Source: Macrostomum lignano
Taxonomy: Eukaryota
Length of the DNA stretch: 64,000 nucleotides
Reading direction: 5' to 3'
Assembly: GCA_002269645.1 (NCBI GenBank)
Contig: NIVC01000636.1
Location: 124,001-188,000, forward strand
The notes beneath the pieces were generated by a model. It was not told the DNA's origin, made no database searches, and saw only the letters and a list, made by a program, of their open reading frames with translations. Below are positions 46,201 to 59,975 of this stretch, piece by piece. The position numbers and the translations under genes are program-made. The stretch's first letter is position 1. The number at the start of each line of letters is the position of its first letter.

Positions 46201-47396
46201 CAGGACTGATTCAGTCATTCAATCAGCTGATCATTTCCCTCAGGACTGATTCAGTCATTCAATCAGCTGATCATTTCCCTCAGGACTGATTCAGTCATTC
46301 AATCAGCTGATCATTTCCCTCAGGACTGATTCAGTCATTCAATCAGCTGATCATTTCCCTCAGGACTGATTCAGTCAGCTGATAATTTCCTTCAGGACTG
46401 ATTCAGTCAGCTGATAATTTCCATCAGGACTGATTCAGTCAGCTGATAATTTCCATCAGGACTGATTCAGTCAGCTGATAATTTCCATCAGGACTGATTC
46501 AGTCAGCTGATAATTTCCCTCAGGACTGATTCAGTCAGCTGATCATTTCCCTCAGGACTGATTCAGTCAGCTGATCATTTCCCTCAGGACTGATTCAGTC
46601 AGCTGATTGCACCACAGATTCAATGATTCAGTCAGCTGATTGCATCACAGATTCAATGATTCAGTTAGCTGATTGCACCACAGATTAAATGATTCAGTCA
46701 GCTGATTGCACCACAGATTCAATGATTCAGTCAGCTGATTGCATCACAGATTGAATGATTCAGTCAGCTGATTGCATCACAGATTAAATGATTCAGTTAG
46801 CTGATTGCATCACAGATTAAATGATTCAGTCAGCTGATTGCACCACAGATTCAATGATTCAGTCAGCTGATTGCATCACAGATTAAATGATTCAGTCAGC
46901 TGATTGCATCACAGATTAAATGATTCAGTTAGCTGATTGCATCACAGATTAAATGATTCAGTCAGCTGATTGCACCACAAATTCAATGATTCAGTCAGCA
47001 ATCGCATCACAGATTCAATGATTCAGTCAGCTGATTGCACCACAGATTCAATGATTCAGCCCGTTCGGTCTGGTGCACTTTATTCCTGAATAATTAACCT
47101 GGTCATCATCAATCCCGCAGGCGGAGCTGCAGCGCAAGGAGGAGGAGATGCGCCAGATGTTCGTAGTGCGCGTCAAGGAGAAGGAGCAGGAGCTGAAGAA
47201 AGCCGAGGGTGACCTGCAGACGAAGTTCGAGGCCGTCAAGAAGCAGCACGCGGATGAGAAGCGCAAGCTGGAGGAGAAGCGGCAGGGCCTGGACGAGGAG
47301 ATTGCGGAATTCCAGCGCCGGAAGACCGCGGCTGACAACCGGAACAATCTGGCGTCCGGCACGAGCTTCACGCTCAGCAAGTCCAAGAAGAAGTGA
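43232..47396 (+). CDS. Septin, SEPT6/8/11 group (Drosophila Sep2-like); 5'-most coding exon not located
   Basis: Exons 43232-43460, 43546-43768, 44420-44537, 44836-44925, 45806-46099 and 47121-47396 (GT/AG, phases consistent). Motifs [16 protein letters not shown]1 [10 protein letters not shown]3 ETSGFGD, G4 AKSD, RQYPWG, and a C-terminal coiled coil ending KSKKK. Confidence 0.93.
44969..44973 (-). terminator. RNA polymerase III T5 terminator for tRNA-Sec
   Basis: TTTTT on the minus strand 4 nt after the tRNA discriminator base. Confidence 0.75.
44978..45064 (-). tRNA. trnU-TCA: tRNA-Sec (selenocysteine, anticodon UCA), 87 nt
   Basis: Minus strand reads GCTGGGATGACCTTCGGTGGTCCGGGGTGCAGGCTTCAAACCTGTAGCCGACTAGCGTCGGAGTGGTTCGATTCCACCTTCTCAGCG. 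It has the anticodon arm GCAGG-CTTCAAA-CCTGT, a long variable arm (GCCGAC-TAGC-GTCGG), G discriminator, and the layout of metazoan tRNA-Sec. Confidence 0.95.
45089..45096 (-). promoter_or_regulatory. Upstream TATA box of the tRNA-Sec gene
   Basis: TATAAATA at -32 to -25 from the mature 5' end. Metazoan tRNA-Sec genes use external TATA/PSE elements. Confidence 0.75.
46192..47055. repeat. Compound intronic minisatellite: 40-bp, then 32-bp, then 33-bp units sharing a core
   Basis: catttccctcaggactgattcagtcattcaatcagctgat (x4), catttcc(c/a)tcaggactgattcagtcagctgat (about x8), tgcatcacagattaaatgattcagtcagctgat (about x13). Confidence 0.95.
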
Positions 47397-48710
47397 GCAG
47401 CGGCTCAGCTGATGTGACACGGAAGTGGAGGCGATGATTTCTGTTTCCTAATAACTGCAGTGAATTGGGCGGGGCCGGTGCTTCAGCTCAGGCTGGCTGA
47501 TGCTCGAGAGACTGCTTAGCGTTATGATGAACAAAATGCCAGGCTAGTCACGGGCTCCGTATTTGCGCATCGCAGTGCCCTAAGCGTTTCGGCAACACCG
47601 TTTTATTTTACTGTGCTTGTCTGCAATTTCTAATTTCCTATCTGCTTTGCCGCAATCTGTTCTATATCTGCATAGCCTTTTGAGTTTTCCGAGAGCAGCG
47701 CACTCACTAATTTTCTGCGTATGAGTTGCTCTCATGCAGCTGTTGTTTTTTACAGTTTTTACTCTGCTGTTTGATATTTTAATGTTATTTAAATTTTGTT
47801 TCAACGCTTAGCAAAGCTGTATTAATCTAACATTTATTTCAAATAATTCGAATATTTCTATGTTGGCAGACTGGAAACCCCAGGCTTGTGTTGCTGACTA
47901 CCGCAATTCGCTTCGCTCTGTTTGTGCCCATAGTTATCGTCTTTGCTATGCGATTCTTTTTATTCTTTACAGTATTTTTCTGCATTGAACTTCCACGCTT
48001 AGTGCACTCACTCTGATGTAATCCGGTTTATAACAAGTCTTATTGCTGTACTTTTCTAACTATTGTGACCAATCAACTTTTATGTAGTCAACTTAGTCCA
48101 CGCGATTTGGTTATTTAAAAGCAAACTGAAATCTGCATGCTGTTTGCGAACGTTTTGATAAAACTTGTTAAAAATAAAATTTGCTATGCGGTTCCGTGCA
48201 CAATATCTACCGCGATGTTAAATCTTCACAGCGAGAAAGTCTGGTTTCAGTATACTGTTTTGTTTTCGGTTTTAGAATTGCAACAATCAAAATCAACGTT
48301 GGGTTGATTTTTGTATATAGGATTTGTATATAGGAGGAATAGTAACTTTGGAAGCAGACAGGAGCAAAGCACCAGGAAAAATCGTAGTGCAAGAACCCCT
48401 TAATTTTGATCCGCTTTTCCCCTGTCTTAATAATTGATTTCGAGACGTTAAATTATTAGAAGCGAAGGCAAATGAAACGCCCTGTAGAAAGCTAAAAATG
48501 AGGTAATTAGTTTTCAGTTAACTTGAATTTTACATATCACTTTGGTAGTAGTGACTCTGGCGCATTCATTAATAAATTTGATATTTTTGAAGTTTTGCTG
48601 TGTGCACACCCGTTGCATGTGTGCATCATTACCGATTACAATGTAAATACGAGTATACATTTTTTATTTATTAAGACTCTAGCTCGCTGGAGAGTTACAC
48701 ATTACACTGT

Positions 48711-49411
48711 AGCAATGACGACTTAAGTAGTAGAATGACAGGAAACCTCGTTTCTTAGAAAATTTTAGAAGGCAGGTTTTCCTGAAAAAATACGCTACGG
48801 AGATAGGAAGTTTTCATTTTTTCAGCACAAAAATTGTTATTGCTTTTGATAGGAGGCAGATCCAGTGTTCATCTTTTGTTGTGAAGCTTTCTTATTGCTC
48901 TATCGATATTCATAAAGCTTTTCGTTCAGAAATTAGGATTCTATGTAAATTTTTTATTCTACGTCCATTTCCTGTACCTAAAAATAATAAAAATGCATTG
49001 CACAGCCCCAAATCTTTGGCTTTCTGAATCTATTTTATCATTTGTGCTACGCATATTCGTTACACAGTCAGGTAAGAACGATAGAATAGACTCATAAAAC
49101 CAAAAAGCCGAGCTGTGCTATTTTAATGGTTTTTAGGCACAAGGCATGCGCCAATTTACGTTGAAAAAATAAAATAGAATCCTAATTTTCTGAACGAAAA
49201 GCTTTATGAATCTCAATAGAGCAATAAGAGAGGCACAACATATCAAAAGATGAACACTGGATCTGCCTCCTATCAAAAGCAATAACAATTTTTGTGCTGA
49301 AAAAAATGAAAACTTCCTATCTCCGTACTCCTTAATGTATTTTTTCAGGAAAACTTTAAAAGTTTCTAAGAAACAAGTTTTCCCGTCCTTCTACTTAAGT
49401 CATCCTTGCAC
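48711..49411. mobile_element. MITE-like element, copy B (same family as 29451-30112)
   Basis: Shares long near-identical stretches with copy A (cctcgtttcttagaaaattttagaaggcaggttttcc...). Its own arms are inverted, e.g. gacttaagtag / ctacttaagtc. Confidence 0.8.
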
Positions 49412-52400
49412 TGGAGACGTTAGCGAACTAACGGACCCATCCAAAGAATAAAGCTACGACTGAAAATTTTAACACATTTGTTTTACTGTAACTGATGATT
49501 CATTTCACTTAATAGTGCAGCAAAAAAAATTAGTATTATGTATCTGTAATGAATCGAAGAAAATTTTTTAATTGTAAATTTTAATAGATTATCAGTAAAC
49601 AGTTCTGCATTTGTTAAATAGAGTAGAAACTTTGTTTTAGTATCTGACATATCAACTTTAATTGACCATACTGGAAGTGATTATTTTAAAGTAAAAAAAC
49701 AAAGGCGTTTTCGTATGACAAATTTGTTCCCTAGGCCTATGTGTCATCCATGGAGCTTGCGTCTGTACATACGTTAACTAAAGTAGCACTAAACATGATC
49801 TTTTTTTTTGTCAAATTCTATTTCAATATTTCGTACTCAGTTCCAATTAACAGTTATATTTTTTATTAATAATTAGGCCTACTGACTAGGGCCTAACTTT
49901 CCAAACGATAGCAAGGCTAGAGGCGTAGGCCGAGGCGGAGGCTAAATTATTAAGCTCTATTTCCAAGGCTTATTTCTTTTCTACCTCAGCTATAATTCTG
50001 TCATTTTATAATTAAAAGCATTTGATCATTTTCTAATCATTACACACCATGAACTTCTTTGGCTAGGCCTATTAATATATTAAGTCTAGACTGGCAAGGC
50101 AAGAGGGGCAACCATTAAGAAAAAGCCAAGGATGGCTAGGCCAAGGCATAGGTTTAACCCTGTTAATTAGGCCTATGCCCTAAGTATTAGGCCAGTATTG
50201 AATCTTGGCAATGAGCTATAAGAACAAAAATTTGTGACCTATTTTCAGTGTACCTAATTTTTAATATAGGAGATTTTTGTTTAACAACTAAATTCAATTT
50301 AATTTTGTTTTCATTTTCAATATTTTTACAAGTATAATACATATATATTGTTAATATTATAAAGCTTTGGCCTTGGCTCAAGGCTATAAAAATTAATAAT
50401 TTCTATAATTTAAAAGTAAAATAATGCTTCACTTCTATTCTAATTTCAAAAGTTATATATAACCATAATCAGGAAGATGGCGTTTTATCCAGAAAATTCC
50501 AGCATACACAGGAAAATTTTGGGCCAATTTTTTTTTTTGGTCTATAGTCAAGATGATATACAATATGCAGAAATTTCTGGTGTACCATTGAAAATTTTAC
50601 TTTTTTTGGCATATAATTGGCATGAAACATGAGGCAAAATAATTTGGCATACCTTTTGGCATGACGCTGTGGCATAAATAAATTGTTGGCATAATGCCAT
50701 AACCTTAGAATCTTATTATAAAATCATAAAAACCATAAAACTCGTAAGATAAAGTTCATAACTATTCGTGATATATAAAAATTTAAAATTCCACGCAAAC
50801 TAATCATGTAATTTTCTAAAAAAAACTTAAACAAAAACTAGTGCATTGTATTTGGTGAGTGAAGCGGGTAAAGTAGAGGTGTTTACGAAGTAGGCAAAAA
50901 TGTGTAACGCAAAAAAGGTCATTTATTGTCGCAAAGACTTGAAAACCTGGCGTAAGTTCCTAGGACCTTGGCATACATTTCAGTATAAAGTGGCATAGAT
51001 TTTTAGGGAACTTTTTATTCTTGCATTGCATATACCATGACATGATCCTGACTATGGATTTCAATGTTCACAGTATAACACGGTTTAGAGAAACTACCCC
51101 ATGGCATGCAATAGCATACCACAACACACAATTGTATGTCGCGCCACTTTGGGCATGGGGCTTTGCCCACCCACAATATCTTAAATATTAATGCATAAAA
51201 ATTTATTTAAAAAAACTATTTTTTAAAACTGAAAAAGACAGAAAATGTTTTTTTCTAGTGCTATTTTCTTTTGTTAAAGTCATTAAAATTTTAACACAAA
51301 TGAAAAACTTTGTTAAAGTTTTGTAAAGATGTTCCAAAATTCGAATTTTGATTTTTATTTTCCAAAATTTAGATTTTTTAAAGCAAATTTTGATTTCAAA
51401 AAATAAGTAGTAAATTGAAAGTAGATCTTAAAGTATTAAACTTTGTTTTTCTGAATTTTGATTTCAGAAAATTTCAATTTTGATTTCAGAAAACTAACAG
51501 TTTTTTATATTTGCCTAGATTTAAAATGCATAAAAGTTTTATAATTTTTGTATAGAATAAAGAGGTCTATCTCAAACATTTAAAAGTCCTTTTCAAATCT
51601 CATTTGAAGACTAAGATAGCAAACTTGCAGAAAGAATATAAATATAAATGTGTTAGCTATTGATCTGAAAATATTTAATTGTACATAACAATTTTATAAT
51701 AAAATTTATCTTGAAATTAAATATCGAAAAATGCAAAAAACATTTTTTTTCTCACAAAAATACATTTGAAATTTTGCATTTTATATAATTTTGATGCAGG
51801 TAGTCTAAATCTTTAATTTTTTTATGATCTATCAAGTTCTAAAGTAATTAAGTTTTACAAGTTATTACAAGTAGAAATTATTTTGCTTATAATAAAAAAG
51901 AATAATTCTATTAGACATGTATGAAAAATTCATTCTGGTCATCTTATATACTAAAAATTAAGATACTGATTTCAAAAATTAAAGACGTCATGTTTCAAGG
52001 CCCAAAAAATTCTATGTAACATAGTACATGTCTCAAGTAGTAGTTGCATGACAAAAAGTGAGTTATTTTGTAGAATATACCAAGAAACTTTACTTAGTCT
52101 TCTATGTATACCATATACTAGGGCTGTCTAGGACCTCATTGCATATGAGAATTAAAAAAGAGAAGCATCTTTGAGACTTGAAAATATAGCTTAGGTCAAG
52201 GAGCCTCTATTGAAGTCCTTAAATATGCAATTGGTTTTCATTTGAATTATGGTAAACCATGCTTGGGCATTTCTATTGGCAACAAACATGTGTATGTCAC
52301 TATTGGATAGAATAGTAGTCATATGACTGCTCTCAGCCAATAGCAACTTACATGTGTGTTGCCAATACAAATAGCCAGGTGATTCCTAAGATTGTGCATA

Positions 52401-52538
52401 TATATGGTAAACTTATAAACTATGCCATCTTTTTCATTAAAAAGCATTAAAATTACATGACTTTTGTAAAAAATAGCTGCTTTGTATTTTCAACAAATAT
52501 AGATTGTTGAATATTATATTTATAATGTATATATATGC

Positions 52539-52855
52539 ATATGCCCAACCTCAAAATTTCACCTGTCTGGTACAACTTAGTTTCTCCCAATTGCAACTTA
52601 GTTCCTCTTGATTGCAACTTAGTTCCCCCAATTGCAACTTAATTTTCACTTTGTATATGACTTTTCTTGCCTTTTTCTCTTTTCTTCTCTTTTTTGTCTC
52701 CTCTTCCTCTCTCTTTTCCATCCTTTCTTTTCCTTTTCTCCTCCTTTCCTTTCTCCTAATTTTTTGTTTTTCAGGTTTTCAATTTTGCAACTTACCTTGG
52801 CCGGTGGCCATTACACCTGTCTAGTTTGGATGGGTTGGACAGGTGTTGGGCATAT
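52539..52855. mobile_element. Small MITE-like element with 11-bp TIRs
   Basis: atatgcccaac (52539-52549) and gttgggcatat (52845-52855); internal tgcaacttagttc subrepeats; related sequence at ~40920-41100. Confidence 0.5.
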
Positions 52856-53682
52856 ATGATAATGTATAAAGTATAATGTATAAAGGCCAGATGCATAATC
52901 ATAATAATGTTTTTATGAATTAATTTTCTTAATAGTTTTATGTCAAATTAGAAACCAAATTGATTTGTTATGTTCATAATTTTAAGTAATAGAAACTATA
53001 AATGTAGCATTCTTAATAGATTTTTTCTTTACCTACGAGTACTAAGTTTTTTTTAGTATTCATGCTTTGTACAGCCTTATATACCGGTAATGCAGTTTAA
53101 TCAAAGAATTCTCCTAATTAAAAAAGCAAACCACTTGAAAAATTAAAATGCTTTCATTAGGTAAAGAATAACTTTAAGGCTTTTATTATAGTATTATATT
53201 ACTTTTCTAGTTAAGCATCATAAACTGAGGCACCAAAAACACAAGTAAAATATTTATTTTGTTGTCAAATTTTGTCAAGAATGTAAAAATTCTTTTAATT
53301 TTTTTTTACAATTTCCCTTTGTCTACCACAATTTATGCTGTATGGGTCAGAGAAGCTAGGTTGGCTAGCAGTTGTGGATTATCTTAAGGATATATCTTAA
53401 GACGTAAGATTTCATAGTTTATATTGCGACTTGCCTCTAGGCTATAGCTCCTATTGAAACCAAGGGGTGCTTATGTGGAGATTAAGTAATGATGATAAAT
53501 AGTGAGTTGTCAAATTATTTGTTCTTAATCAATGGCAACTTGTTTGTATTGCCAGAATAATTGGTTGGTTTTGCAATTAAATTTAAGTAGAACACAAAGA
53601 ATTCAGTTTTCTGTGACCAATATTACCTTTATCTAAGGTCGCATTTGCATTGCCTATTCTTGCAGCGCATCCTCTGAACGCA

Positions 53683-53856
53683 ATGGCTCGGTCTAGAGCT
53701 TCTGCTCGCAAAGGGAAGAGCAAGGCCAAGAAGGGCAAGAAGGGAGCCGCCAAGAAGGCCTCCCCTGCCAAGAATGCCAAGGCCAGCAAGGCTACAGCCA
53801 AGCAGGTGAAGGATGCCGCCAAGCAGGCCGCTGACGCCCAGGCTGACAGCAAGTGA
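53683..53856 (+). CDS. Small Lys/Ala-rich basic protein (57 aa), resembling a histone H1 tail or protamine-like protein
   Basis: MARSRASARKGKSKAKKGKKGAAKKASPAKNAKASKATAKQVKDAAKQAADAQADSK: 16 K, 3 R, 18 A, one SPAK. GC-rich host-type codons (aag, gcc) within AT-rich flanks. Splice-acceptor-like tattcttgcag ends 17 nt before the ATG. Confidence 0.6.
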   Translation: MARSRASARKGKSKAKKGKKGAAKKASPAKNAKASKATAKQVKDAAKQAADAQADSK

Positions 53857-54689
53857 TGGAGCCGGCCATCATGTCTGACTCGGGCATGGCCCAGACTATT
53901 TCTGTTGTCTCCTATTAAAATTTTGCAATACCTTCCTGCACTGGGCGCCTCCCTATCTAGTATTTTAGTGCGGTTTTTATCTATCAAAAAACCAAAGAAT
54001 TGACATACCTGTACTCTACTGCAATTCATCTCTGAGTCTTACCGTACTCACCCCCAGTTTGTTCAGCAGTGCTACTGCTCTGGGGCAAGCAGCTGACTGT
54101 TTAAACTTACAATTTCAGCAGATGTTCCGCTTTTTCATTTTTCAGAAAACATCGCTGTTTACCATTTTTTCGCGTAGAAATCTTTTTAACAGCTCCCCAC
54201 TGTACTGTCGGGAAGACTTGTTTAAGCAAAATTATCCCTTCATTGTTTATCAAACTTACATTAGTTCAGTGTGAAAAATACATCTTTTATCTCAGTCCCT
54301 TTAAAATGAATTGTCTGTTGTCATTTAAACCTGCTTGCTAATTAGAATTTATTTTAGAAAGGCGGTATTTACTATCAGCGATTTAAACTAAATGGAGAGC
54401 AGCGGGCAGGGTACACTGGAAGGACATGGACTAACCAGGCTCGAACATTTGTAACCTGCTTGAAATGCTGGGAATTCTTTTATGATCTATTTGATTAATT
54501 TGGCATTTCCTAAGAATTCCTGAAGCATGGTGAGGGTTACGGGGCCTGCAGTGCTAGTATTTCAAGACAGCTAAGCCTGATTTTGTGCACCTGCGTTGCT
54601 CAGTGCAGTAAGACTATTGGGAGCCCATTGGCATGCATTCCCACCCATTGCGAACTGACTATTGGAAAATCGAATGCATGATGACGTAA

Positions 54690-55121
<432 letters not shown>

Positions 55122-56439
55122 GCGCTGTTTAGCACTCTTGCGAAACTCGTACTGGCTGCAGACTCTTCTGTAAATAGGTCGCGTTTTTTGTGTCTAATTT
55201 CTATTTGGCATTGTCAGCTATTTCTATTAATATATCAACACTTTCTGTGGTATGTTGCGTCCCGCACAAAACATTGTGTTATTTGTGACAATTTCATCAC
55301 TACTATTTTATCTTAGCCAGCATTGACAGCAGGCAAAGCACCCGTGTTGGCTGTCCGCTGTTGACAACTGCACTGATTCGCGTAATAATTGTTGCGTTTT
55401 CGTTTCTGTCGCTTTTATCCAATTTTTACTTTTTTATTAATTGCAAATTACTGGCGTCAACTCTGGCGAGTGCTTTAGCGTTATTTTTGTGTGAACAAGT
55501 CTCGCTAATTATTGACGAAATAATAAATACACCGAATACTGTCAGTGAGCGCAGGCCTTTGCTAACAACATCTCTGAGGCCCGCAGCAAACCGTTAAAAA
55601 CAAAATTATGATTCTATGGCAAAAATAATGTTTATTAAAGTTTTCTGTACACGGCTGCAATGCAGCAATCGGGGTTGTCCTCGACCGCGACATGTATGTC
55701 GAACATGCTGAATCCTCACCGTGCCAGGCTAATTCCTCCGCCTGCACGATGCAACCTACTGTGCGATGGTTGCACACGGATAAGGAGATTTCGGTGAAAA
55801 TCCAGCCTCCGGCAGCAATCATGATTGGTGCGGATATTTGTGTGTACTCTCGTATCTCAATGACTATAAAGTAGTACACAAAGGCGAATCGTGTACATGT
55901 AGGACAGGATATGCACTTCTACCTTCTGGGGCATTTTGAAAGCTGCTGGCTTATGCGAAAAATGTACGTACTTTAGTTTTGGTGTACATGTGCACTAAAG
56001 ACATCTGAATCTAGTGTGGTACTTTTGGAATAATTGATATCCAACTTTAAGTACGTGTACCGCGCGGTATGGCTGGGTTACACTGATTGTTGCAAAGCTT
56101 TTTTGAAGCCGGATTTTAATATAAGCATGCAAGCATGTTGCAAAAGTGCATGTAATGCTTTGCACCTTAGAATGAGGTGTCCTCGTACAAACGTAGGCAA
56201 TTTATTTATGCACAATAATGGGGAAGGCAGTTCAAATGTAAGGCTTTGATATCTGAGTCTTTTTGTCTTAGCTTTCTTCTTCCATGGGGGAGAGCTATAG
56301 TTGCATACTTTGGGCCTCCTCACTCCTCAGAAGCCCCTTGCCCAAGGAGCCCAGGATCCAAGGCTTACATGTCAAGGCTCACAGTGAGTTAGTCACGGTT
56401 CAGTCAATCATGGGAAGTTGCCGAACCACTGAGGCGGTG

Positions 56440-57230
56440 CGTGAAGTCTCTCAGAGCGGTGCAACGCAGTGGCGTTGGCGGCGCCGCCTCTAGTTGCCCG
56501 CCGTCCAGCTGTTGCGGAGCTTATCGGCCGGTGTCATCGGCCCCGTCACCCCAGCCGCGGCGGTCATCCAGGATGCAGCGGCTGATGTGCCAGCGGCTAC
56601 CATCGGTCAGAGTGATTGTGTTGCCCTCACGACTGACAACTGTCTGTTGCTCGGAGACGCTGCTGCTGAGCTTTCCACGCCTTGGCCGACGGGCGCGGAC
56701 GCGGCTCCCGACAGTCAGCGCTGCGTCCTTGATCAGAGGCTGGTTCTGCATGCTGGCGCATCCGGCGACGGCGCTCTTGACATTCTAATGCTGCTGTCGC
56801 TCTGGGACGCCGCACTGCAGCTCCTGGTCCGTCGTTGACTCGGTGCTTGCTGGTCAAAGACGATCAAGAGGCAGGCGGAGCTTCCGTGATAGCATCAGCC
56901 GGCAACTTCTTGGTCAGCGTGTTCTCGGATGACCGATACTCCAGAAGCAGCTCCTGAACCACCTGCTTCACCGGTTTGGGCCGAGATACGTAGAAGAACC
57001 TTTTTTTAACTAACGAGCTTTATTTAGATTTCCCTGCAGGCCGTAGGCGAGAAGTGCGCACAATGAGGTCTTGATGAATCCGTTAAACCTCTCGACTCCG
57101 CCATTCTGCTGTGGGCAGTAGAACGGAGTGGCGATCTTGATGTCGATCAGCGAACTGAGGAAGTCCGTGAACTCTTTCGACACAAACTGAGGTCCGAATT
57201 GTCCATAGTAATTTCGTGTGGAACAGCTGC
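56440..57230 (-). pseudogene. Degenerate Ty3/gypsy integrase fragment
   Basis: GPQFVSKEFTDFLSSLIDIKIATPFYCPQQNGGVERFNGFIKTSL (integrase core) and VGSRVRARRPRRGKLSS...VVSREGNTITLTDGSRWH (C-terminal region). Confidence 0.75.
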
Positions 57231-57299
57231 GAAGAGCTTCTATACAAGTGAATTAGATGCACGGCTTTCTGCTTCCCGATTTATAGGCACTTAAACTTA

Positions 57300-57800
57300 A
57301 CCTTATTAGTCGATCAAGCCTCTTTGTAGCTCTCAGTAGCGTACGTAGGTAGTGCTGCCACCAGTCCGTCGGGTCTCCGCCTTCGGTGGGGTGAGTTTCC
57401 GTCGGGACGAAAAAACTAAGACGAGCGAACGCAGCACAACGTGCAGATTTGCAGCTCCACGTACGGCGTCTCGTCAGCAGTCCTGCCGGGCTTTGGTGGG
57501 TGGTAGGGAGGGCTGTGTTAGCCTAGCTCTCGTAGGCTTGGAGTTGGGTTTAGATTGGGTCTCAGTCAGACCAATAGCAGGAGAGTTAAATGTACGCAGA
57601 CACAGAACGGGCGTTCAAGTGACTAACGTGAAGCTATACTGGGAACTAGAGACTGGAAACTGGAAACTGGAAACATGCTTGACGGAAACAAGGGTGAGGG
57701 GGTCTGTATTTATAGCGCGAGATTCACCACTGCCCCCAACGCACAAGACATCGTGACTTTGTTCTATCTTTAGAACTGACGTCACTGGGGTCTCCAGGCA
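57300..57800 (-). mobile_element. Possible LTR/leader remnant of the adjacent gypsy element
   Basis: Non-coding. Minus-strand TATA (ctataaata near 57710) followed by a pyrimidine-rich stretch, upstream of the integrase relic. No second LTR found. Confidence 0.3.
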
Positions 57801-59975
57801 GAGTGCACTAGGCTGTGACTCAATGTCTATTTTTAGAAACATGAGTCACTCCTCTCCTTAGAGAAAGGAAGGCCTTAGGCACTTGATTCTCCCATAAACA
57901 CAGACACAGTCCAGGACTCCAAGAAAACAAGATCTCCAAGGAAACAGGCCACTGAAGTGACCTCAGGGACTACTGGAGCAAAACAAGAGCAGCTACCACC
58001 ACAGAGAATTGCCTGTGGCCTGATGCTGTGTTGACTTTGCAGAATTGCAAGGCGATAGCGAGAGTTGGGCCTGTGGGCCTTGGCTGTCGTGAGAGACAAA
58101 CTGAGAGACAATGAGTTAAGTATCCACAAACAGTGGATACTTAACTCATTGTTCATTCGTGAATTGTCAGAGAACATCCTTATTACGTTCACGGTATTCG
58201 TGTATAAATCCGGAAATTCTTTATTTCTTTCATCTGGCTTTTCTCTTTTTCTTCACAAGTCTGTTAGCTAGCCTGGACTTAGGCATATTGACTGTTACTA
58301 ACTCAACTGAACTGCCATACTTTTATTATTCGCGGATTAACATCAAATTATTTTTAAGCTCTCGTGTGGTCATTTATTAATTTTTCTCCTGCAGAATGTA
58401 CTTTCTGGTAGTTGAACTCTCAGTCTAGTGAACTTCAATTGCAATGAACTTCCAAGCTCAATTGAAACTGTAACTGTTCGTGTGCAGTTACTTTGGAAAG
58501 TTCAGCATAGCTAATGAATTTGCATTTACCACCATGAATCAACTTTATTTTTACGATAAGCGATTTACATACGCCGGTAGGCCCTAGGTAGCCCTTGTCA
58601 CTCATGACTCATTTGTTAGCTTCCCAAATATTAGGCTGCAACCTTATATAACATTCTAACCTAAGTCTAAGATAAAGATGTTAAAGCAAAAAGCATCAGC
58701 CTAAAGGCTGAACCTAAACCTAAATAAAACTGAAGGCCAGCAGTCTAGCCTAAGATATTAGCATCTTCTTTTATTAGCATCAGTATCAAAATCAAAACCT
58801 TTTTTAGTAGGCCCTAGTATTTGGCATCTTAGCATTATTTGTTTAGTCATAACGACTCATAAGGCCTTAACATTTATTCTTGTAACAACTAATAAGCAAT
58901 TTTAATTAAGTCATGGCCTAATCTTGGTAGGGGCCTAATCAGACATTTTTCAACTGGCATTTTGTCAATTGGAATTTTCTTCAAGCCAAAATTATTTGTT
59001 TAGTATATATAGGCCCTATTAGCTATTAATATTAACAAGTGTTATATTACATTAATTTAAAACATGTGCAGTTTTAAAATTGAAATAAATGGAAAGATGG
59101 ACATTAGGCCTAGCCCTAGCATTAAGACTATTATTGTAAGATTACTTCCAAAAATAGAAAACATTATTTTTAAAGACAAAGAAATGTGTCACATGCTTTA
59201 AACAAATCTAATATTAAATTTCTACTTTAGCTTTGCAACTATAATCAATTTGCTAAGTTACCTTAAAATCTAGTTGACAAAATATTAGTTGATAAAATGA
59301 TGGTTAATATTTCATAGAATAGAACCCTTAACCTAAGCTAAAGTTTAAATGAATTTTAATTTAATTTTATTAGTAGGGGTTAAACAATGTTTAATTTTTA
59401 AGATTTTTGAGATTCAATATTTTTTGACAATATAATATAAGATTTGATCAACATTTTAAGATATTTAATTCAAATAAGCCTAAGACAAAGCTAAAAAACT
59501 GAAAGTACCAGTTTTCTTTATACAACTTTTTATACATTTAAAAAAATTAAATTTGTACATTTTTGTTAAAAATCACAACCTTAAATTCATAAAAAACACA
59601 AAATTTTTAGGTGCATCATTTTTTCAAACACTTGGCTAAATCCTTTAATATGGGTAACATTATAATAAGTTGATTTTTGGCCCTAATTTGATTGATGTTG
59701 AAGTCAATTAGTTTATATTGATGTCTAAGTAATTTATGCTATATTCAAAAGATTAGTATTAAACCTAGGGCTCTTTATTTTATTTTATTTTATATCTGAT
59801 TCTTGGCACTTTTTAAAACCAAGATTTGATCCCATAGTCATATCTATAAATTGCTTGAACTCTAGTTTAAACACTTAAATAATTATTTATTATATCATAA
59901 TTTTTATAGATTCATAGTGGTATAATATAGGCTGCTTATTAATTATAACTTTAGTTAATAAATATTGTAGCCTAG

